Shown: positions 54,084 to 64,000 of the stretch, in pieces
How positions within the stretch are numbered: position 1 is the first letter of the stretch
Layout of the letters: each line of letters starts with the position of its first letter
Assembly: GCA_000165425.1 (NCBI GenBank)
Contig: CT868540.1
Span: 620,001 to 684,000, forward strand
Length of the DNA stretch: 64,000 nt
From: Paramecium tetraurelia
Taxonomy: Eukaryota
Direction: 5' to 3'
Made by a program: the position numbers and the translations under genes
The notes under the pieces: generated by a model
Seen by the model: only the letters and a program-made list of their open reading frames with translations
Database searches by the model: none
Told to the model about the DNA's origin: nothing

Positions 54084-54701
54084 TCATTGCTTAATTTTAA
54101 TTTGTTCTAATAATTAAATTTATTTGATTAAGTCCTACTTTTCATTTATATGCCTTTGCAATTCGTCCTTGTAGGATTTTAATATTATTGAGGATCTTTG
54201 AATGATATTTTATAATTGGGAAATGGTTTATCTCTCTTTTTCTCTGTTGGAAGTAGCAGTAATAGAATCAAACGATTTCTTTTGCAATAGCTCTTTTGTG
54301 TTGTTTCTGATCCTTGGCTTAATGCTGCTTGATGTAGTGGAATTTAAGGACGGAGTGCGGATGTCGGGCTTGAAAAGTATTTGCGATGATAATTAATTGG
54401 GTGTAGGAGCATATCCGTTCAAATATTGTTAAGAGAAGCTATCTAAGATTTAGAGTTATTATTAAGATTTTTATTGAACCAATTTTGAATAGGGACTTGA
54501 TTTTAACAACTATTGCAAACCTTGCGTTATAGCCTACTTTTTGTGATTTTGTTTAACTGTAATAGGAGTTATTAAATCCACTTAAGAATGATTTATCCTT
54601 CTATGGAGAGTGCTTTAGATATTATTTCGTATCTCTGGACTGATTGTAGATTTGCGTTGCTGATCCAAATATGGTTATTCTGCTTTTAGTAAAGAGTTCA
54701 T
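54084..54701 (-). CDS. Hypothetical S/Q-rich protein with a short C-terminal coiled coil
   Basis: Intronless 206-codon frame MNSLLKAEQPY...EQIKIKQ*. Confidence 0.7.
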
Positions 54702-54992
54702 TGTAAATAAATATATTTAATAAAATCTCAAATCTGCCATTCTGATAACCTTATAGATTTATTTTTGAACATACACATGTGGTTATATTCCATAATGAAA
54801 AGAGAAGTAAGATTTTCTAAGGTCCATATAATTGAGAGATCAGACATAAATATTATTTTTTTGTTATTTATGATTTAATGTTGTTGTGAATTATACGTAA
54901 TCATCATTAATTATTAAACTATAATAATGATATCTTAACAATCTCAAGTTCAAAAATATAATATATAAATTTTCAATTATTTATTTAAACAT

Positions 54993-56628
54993 ATGCCTCG
55001 TTCAAGTAAAGTATCAAACCGATCCTTTTCTCATGGTAAACAAGGATAGTTAAATGAACCAATCATTATTACATTATAAAGAGAGATCGACAATTACACC
55101 AGGAAAGTGGAAATTGAAAGAAGGTTTCATTTAACAGATATATTATTTTAGAAAGCTCTTCAATTTAGAACAATAACATCGATAGTTACAGGAGGAAGTG
55201 AAAAATAAGGTATAATCAGTCAAGAAATTGAAAATGGATTCCATTAAAAAGGTTTTGAATAAAGATTAGGCAGAATCAAAGAGTCTACAATTTTAAATTG
55301 ATTAAGTAATTCCATAATCTCAATATAGTTTGATAAAAAATTGTGTAAATCTGTGGCGAACATTGAAATTATGAAATCCAATATTGATATAATCAGAAAA
55401 GAACGCAATTAATTGTTGTAAGCAATGAAGGAAATCGAGTCGAATCATGAGTAAATTCATAGCAGATTGATATCAACTTAATCGTAGGCTCAAAGAAAGG
55501 TTCATGATGCTTGTAATAATTAGAAATATTGTTAGAAATTACCTAATAACAAATGTTCGATTTGAAAACCAAGAATGAAATTGATAAAAGTGAATTTTAA
55601 GAAAAATTTGATAAACTAAAGGCTGAATTGAAAGAGAAATAAGAGAAATAAAACGAAAAAGACAAAATATCAAAAAACAATAGACTCAAAGCTACTAATT
55701 ATTCTACTTTTGATACTGGAACCTTATTAAAAAGAAGATTATAAAGAATTATTGCCAACAACAAAGAAAAAGTTAAAATGATTGATACATATTAAAGAAA
55801 CATGAGAATTGTAGATGAAGCATTTAATCAAATAAAAGAAGCAACTGGATTAACTGATATCGAAGAAATCAAAAATAACTTTATAAAAAGTGAAGAATAG
55901 AACTATTCATTATGGACATACGTTGATGTGCTAAATTAAGAAATAGATGCTCTGGAAGATACTAATTAAGAGCTAAAGGAAAAATGTGAAATATAGGAAA
56001 AAGAAAATCAAGAGAGAGATAGAATTTTAAAAGCAACTCCAGATGGTGAAAGAAAAAGAAAATACATCTAAAGGATTATTGATTAAAAGTAAAACTACCC
56101 AATATCATGAATAGATAAAATGAGATTGACTAATTTAGTAATAAGTTATCTTAGATCTAACCTATCATAGAGAGCATTTTAAATAAAATGATTAAAACTA
56201 AGTTTAATCAAGATCATACTAGAGTTTATACGTTTTAAGGTGGATTTTAATTAAATGAATCTAATATTGATCAGTATTTAGGTGAATTTTCTTGATTATA
56301 TTATTAGCTGAATTGGAAGGCTATATAAACATGTTGGTCTTATATAAATCGAATAAAATTAGAAGAGATGGATTAAATTAAAACAAATTTATAACTGGAT
56401 TACTATTGGAAGAAATACCCACAAAAGAATTCAAATCAAAATAATAATTAAATTAATCATCAGTGTTACCTTCTTAGGGAAATGAAGAAGGATAGGACTT
56501 TTAGAAGTTTCTAAACTATACTGAATTTCATGAAATGGCTAAACTAGCCCTCAAAGATGTTGAGGGATAAAGTAATAAATTCCATTATTTCAATAGATTT
56601 TGCATCAACTAAGAAGAATAAAAAATGA
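54993..56628 (+). CDS. Outer dynein arm docking complex subunit (ODAD1/CCDC114/CCDC63-like)
   Basis: Coiled coil with DEAFNQIKEATGLTDIEEIKNNFIKSEEQNYSLWTYVDVLNQEI. Confidence 0.8.
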
Positions 56629-56680
56629 TTTTTCTATACAATTTATAAAATATAACATCTATGTTTAACATTAATCAATC

Positions 56681-58391
56681 TCACATCCTAAGGGATTTTT
56701 GAATGGTTTAAGTTTTATCAACCTCATTCTATATCATACTGCTTGATCTATAGTCAGAGTTCTTTAATATAATAAATTAATTACATGTAAAACAGATCGT
56801 GAACTATTTTACTTTATCACTGTGCTTAAAGTTACGATCTTTTATTGACTTTGTTGTTTAACTAACGATTCATACTCTGCATCTCTAACCATTAATTTTT
56901 CTTAACAAGCATGATAAGTATCATTTAATTCCTTAAACTTTTATTTCCACATTTTAGCTTCTTCCTCAAAGGTTTTGATAGACTAAGTTGTTGTGATTTC
57001 TTCACTCATTTAATCTACTTATTAATAGAGTTCATTTAATTCGGTTTACAAATTAGATATTGTCTCATCCTTCTGATTGCATAATTCATGAATTTGTTAT
57101 TTTTCAATTTAAAGTTGATTGATTTAAATTCTCAGTTTTTCAAGCTAGTTATCTTTAGAGTTCAAATTTGATTGTAGACTTGCTATTGTTTACTCAAGGG
57201 AGGTCAACTTAATTTAGAACTCAGATATTTTTTATTAAGAAACATTCTTGTTCGATTCTAAAATAAATTAAATAATTACATGCATCTAAATTATACTAAT
57301 CAAGAGTCAATTTTAATTATTATTATAATTTAATTATGATTTCCTCTTTTTCATTTACAGTTGCTTGTTGTCTTTTGAGTTCACATTGTAATAACAAATT
57401 TTCTTATTTATATGTCTCTACCATTTGTTAAACTGATATCAAGTTTAATTATAATTTATCAATGGTTTATTATAGAGTTGTAATTTTAATCTGCATTTCT
57501 TATGTCAAAATATTGGAAGTACTCCTGTGTTGCTCTAAAATTTATATTTTTTAATTATACTGTTTGCAAACTCAGCTTATTCTGTGGCATTTTATAATTG
57601 TTGTTTCAGTAAAGTAATTACTGCCTCTCTATCTTCCAATTAAGTTTTTACACTAAAGAGTTCAGTTTAGAGGTCTGTAATAGTCTGTCTATCATCACTG
57701 TTTGATGCCCTTAATTCATAGTTTTGGTTTTCGACAATCACTTAACTTCTTTACTCCAACAATTATTCGAGTACTTCCATTCTTTTACTCCAAATTTCTT
57801 CAAACTTTATTACGTCAACCACTTGAATCGGATTAGTGATTATTGTTTAGGCATATCTAGGCTCTAAGTGAGGGACATAGACTGGAGGGTAGTACTCAAC
57901 GAAGGAAGGTTTTGAAAGAGGAAAACTATTATTAGATTTATATGATTAAGGGGCTTGAGGGGAGGAAGTGACGTAATTTCTTAATGACTTTGAACCCTCC
58001 ATTCTAATCTAAGTGGATTGCTGCTAAGACTCTTGTGGTAGAGGTGCAATTATATTGCCCACACAGGCTTGGGATTCAACCTAAAATATTGAATGCATTA
58101 GTACTTGGTGATCAGTTGATCTAATCGACACTTGATTAACTCTCACTGATCTGATTGACTGGAATGACTACTAAGCAACTATCCCTTGTTAAGAAGCTGT
58201 ACTTTAAACTTACAAAGTTTAAGTCTATTTTACCTAGTAAAAAATTACTGTACCTATTATTATGACAAGGTTAATTGTGATTAATTGGGAAAAGCTGTGG
58301 GTTGCTAACATTTGGAACTCACATCTTGTGTTATCTTAGATTGTGCGATACTGTACTAAGCTTTTTAACTTAAAGGTGAACTATTAAACAT
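56681..58391 (-). CDS. Coiled-coil protein, paralog of 52298-53728
   Basis: Four introns, 540 codons; FEEIWSKRM hinge; WKQKFKELNDTYHACQEKLM. Confidence 0.75.
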
Positions 58392-58833
58392 ATGTATGTG
58401 TAAATAAATTTATTTCTTATTTAAATTTGATATCCAACATTTATAAATAAACATTCAGTTTTTTCAAAAGAACTTTTTATTTATAGAAAATATTAACTTT
58501 CATTTAAATCAAGTAAATTATAAACTAATTAATGTTAAAAAGAATACTAAGTAAAAATCAAAATTTTTTTTAGAAAGTATGCTTCCTATATTTTGATTTG
58601 AGTCTGATAAAATATATATTTTAAGCATCAAAAATCTAAATTCTTGACACTCCATAAACAATAGAAATTCTATGATTGAAGTTAACATCAAAATAATAAA
58701 TTATCGCATCATTAACAATAGAGTTATTGGCAATTTCTCTTCCATTTGATATGAAAGAATATTGATATAGAAATGTTATCAATCATAATAATAATCATTA
58801 AAAATTAAATTTTATATCTAATTTCTAAAACAA

Positions 58834-59339
<506 letters not shown>

Positions 59340-59511
59340 TATGTTTGATTTATTGGAAAATAAATATATATTTGATATTCTTTAATTCAATTGAATTTAA
59401 TTCAAATATAAAAATAATTACGAATTAAAATTATAATATTACTAACATATATAATTCAATAATATAAGTTAATTATTGGAGGAATTTCATTCATTATTAA
59501 ATTTATTGAAT

Positions 59512-61090
59512 ATGAATCATTAAAATTTCCTGCAAACAGCCCTCACCAGATTTAAAATGGCTGCTATAAATGAGAGGGTAAATTCGGATCAAGTAGTTAC
59601 TATTTTGCAAAGTTTAAATTATACTCAGTCTTAGATTAATTCAATTGTCTCACAGATCACCTCCGAAATAGGTATCAGCATTAACTAAATAGACATTAAT
59701 TAGTTTCAATAATTGCTCTAACCCATAGAATAAGAAATCCCAACATAAAAGCTCACATCCGAATAAATTTATGCAATATATGCAGAATTTCGATAAGCCT
59801 TGCATTTTTAGAACATAGAAAAGGTTAGGCAAATATTAAGTATGCGCATTGATTTTATCTAACTTAGCTACGTATCAAAAGGATATTGATCTGGTGAATC
59901 GAATTGATCCATAGACTCGATAAATTTCAACATTTATTGCAATAGTAGGTTCAGATGAAGATATTTCATTGCAATTATTGAAGTACTTGTGTGAATTAGG
60001 AGCAAACATAAACTATAAAGACAACCTAAAATAATCCATCCTTTTTTATATTTGCAGAGATGGAAGGACAAAACTATTTGATTTTTTAGTGTCTCAAGGA
60101 ATCAACATTTCTGATACTGATTCCTACGGATAAACTCCATTATTTTATGCTTCAAGAGAAAATAGAATTGACATTATTTCAAGGTAATCATTGCAATCAA
60201 CCATTTAGATTTATTAAATTGGGCGGCGATATAGCACACTTAGATACTTTATCTTGTTAGACAGCCTTGTTTTATGCAGCAAGCAAAGGACATTATGAGG
60301 CTTGTAAATTATTGATAGAGGTAAAAATAGATATTTAATTTAGGCGGGATGTCCTGTTAATCATTAAGATAATAAAAAGAAAACAGCGCTGTATTTTGCT
60401 AAACAATCCTAGAAAAAAGAAGTTATTGATTTGATTACTGCTAGTATGCAAAAGTAAAAGGAGGATGTCCATTAAAAGAAAGAGGAGAGTGTTAAAGGAG
60501 GGGAATAAAAATAGAATAAAAAAAAGTAAAAGGAAGTTCCAAAATAGCAATATAAAATATTGCATACTGATGACAAAGGATAACAAAGAGAATTGACAAA
60601 TGAAGACTTTTAACAATTTTCAATTTAATATCCTGAAATTGCATCTCTTATTTTAAATGCAGATGATTTTATTGATGAAAATATGATAAATTAATGCAAG
60701 GAAGACGAAACTTGGGAAAAGTAGGCCAAAAAAATAATAGGTATAATTTTGTATTTATGAATTAACAGCATAAATTTGGAAAGCAAAAGGAGCCTACTTT
60801 TTCCATAAACCAGTGGATCAAAAGGAATTTCATATTACCGATTACTTTGAAATTGTAAAAAAACCAATGGATTTTGGAACTATTAAAGTAATTATATATC
60901 AAATAAATAGAATAAATTAAATGTGAATGCATATAAAAACTTTAGAGAATTTCATGCAGACATGTTATTAGTCTTTGATAATTGTGTGCTTTATAATGGA
61001 AATTAGAGTGCAATAGGATAAATAGGAGTGAGTATCAAAAGCGAGTACTTGAGTTAAGTTGAATAGAATGGATTAAATAAATATTTGTGA
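59512..61090 (+). CDS. Ankyrin-repeat plus bromodomain protein
   Basis: GQTPLFYASREN, QTALFYAASKGH, then FFHKPVD..DYFEIVKKPMDFGTI..FDNCVLYN; five introns, 484 codons. Confidence 0.9.
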
Positions 61091-61158
61091 ATTATATATA
61101 CATGTTTGGGTATAAATTTTTTAAGGGAAAAATTATAAGAATCAAAATTAGTGAGATC

Positions 61159-61854
61159 TCAAGGCGAGCCTTTTTAATTTCTCCTTTCACAAATCAAATC
61201 GAATAAGGATTTGCATTGATAAGATCCTGGTCCAGGAATTTATTCATTGAAAGTTTGTTTTGGTCTCTCTCCTATTCCAAAGGAAATCTTATTAAACCGT
61301 TAATTCAAAGTCAAAGCCTCTTTTGGGTTATAGGTAACAAAGGAGGCCTATTACTTGGGCAATACTTGCTTTTCACTAAGCATATTTATATAATGATACA
61401 TTATCTTTCCATATATGCTAAATTAAGGAGTTTTTGATAATAGTTTAAATTGATATTATCCTGGACCAGGCACTTCTTAGCGATCAATTTTAGCTAATTT
61501 ATTTCCGAAAGAAAATGATTTTGTACTCTATAAGACCTTTACTTAATAGTCTCCAGGAGCAGGATTTAATCGATCTCTCCTTTCCAAGTCCAAAGGTTTA
61601 ATAAGCTTTGTACCAAATCCAAAGGATGTGGACCTTTTTGTTTTTGTATCACTTAACAAAAGCATTTTAGGTGTTGATTCTCTTGAAACTGATGGAAATC
61701 TTTTCGCTTTTGGAAATGAATGTTGCTCATGTGTTTATTACAAAATGCTGGAACTTAATTGATTTGGTTCACTGAATTAACCATTAATTATTCTATTGGT
61801 ACTTTTTAATTTAGAGTAAGACAAACTTCGATTGTGAAATTTGGCAGTATTCAT
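61159..61854 (-). CDS. SHIPPO/STPG (PGP) repeat axonemal protein
   Basis: SFGFGTK, NPAPGDY, VPGPG, PGPGSY repeats; 232 codons. Confidence 0.8.
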
Positions 61855-61978
61855 AAAATGAATAATAAATTATTTAAGTTATATCTCCTAATTTTAAAAA
61901 TATAATCAACAATAATCTGTTAATAAAAGAGGAATTCGAATTATATACAAATTACTTATACAATTTTCAAAATAAAAC

Positions 61979-63473
<1,495 letters not shown>

Positions 63474-63504
63474 GTTTATAAAATTTAATTTATTTATTAA
63501 TTAA

Positions 63505-64000
63505 TCACTCATCACTAATCAATTCTATAATATCCTAGATGTGCATCTAATTCGAAATGAAAACATGCTTAAATGCTTTTTAATCAAAATAAGCATCATT
63601 TTCATCACTTATTACTTTCGACAGTTTAAAATTTTATATTAGCTCTTGATAGATTGGTTTCACTGTTGGATGTTTCTCCATAAACTATTCACAAAGTATC
63701 CTATTGATATTACAAAACTCTCTGTTTGTCACTCTTTATTATCGCTCTGGATCATAGAACTATTATTATTATTTGATTCACCTACATTAAGCACACTGTC
63801 TATCCTCTCCTTTAAACTGGCCTTCTTGTATATGAACACTCTCACAAAATAGCAGAATTATTTGTATGATACCCTTTCCTCATTATTAATAGGAGTTAAA
63901 TCAAAACTTAATAATAGTCTATCACCTATGATTGGCTTCTTTAAGATCTAAAAGCCATCCTTCAGAGATTCAATAGTCATTCCTTTAGTTTTGTAGAGAT
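63505..64000 (-). CDS. Partial gene (3' part), degenerate EF-hand protein resembling the NCS/calcineurin-B pattern
   Basis: VSYKQFCYFVRVFIYKKASLKERIDSVLN/FYDPERQQRVTNREF after a 23-nt intron; TGA at 63505. Confidence 0.55.

Overview
This is AT-rich, very gene-dense eukaryotic DNA with the hallmarks of a ciliate macronuclear chromosome, most likely Paramecium. TAA/TAG read as Gln, TGA is the only stop, introns are tiny (20-29 nt, GTA...TAG/AAG) and intergenic gaps are often under 100 bp. The supplied standard-code ORF track therefore only catches fragments, and several of its ORFs are wrong-frame or antisense shadows. Re-reading with translation table 6 gives about 35 protein-coding genes. Recognisable ones include a TTLL tubulin ligase, DNAJC8-like, NDK, two tandem Cid1-family nucleotidyltransferases, an alpha/beta hydrolase, Tubby, CSL4, OXA1, a TPR protein, RPS18, a kinase and a pseudokinase, insulysin, an FCP1/SCP phosphatase, RPL10, the PP2A A subunit, an ODA docking-complex subunit, UBC13, an ankyrin-bromodomain protein, a SHIPPO-repeat protein and RUVBL1. 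No tRNA, rRNA, transposon, telomere or CRISPR feature was seen. The most notable observations are: a tandem Cid1-like pair with an atypical nucleotide-recognition loop; a ~35-hairpin beta-meander repeat with alternating acidic and basic strands; a lipid-anchored SILK+RVxF PP1-docking protein; a STAND-like P-loop protein with a degenerate Walker B; and two genes (RUVBL1 and a GPI-anchored surface protein) with frameshifts in A-runs, probably assembly errors but at -1 slippery-like sites. All translations and exon calls were made by eye; no database searches were run.
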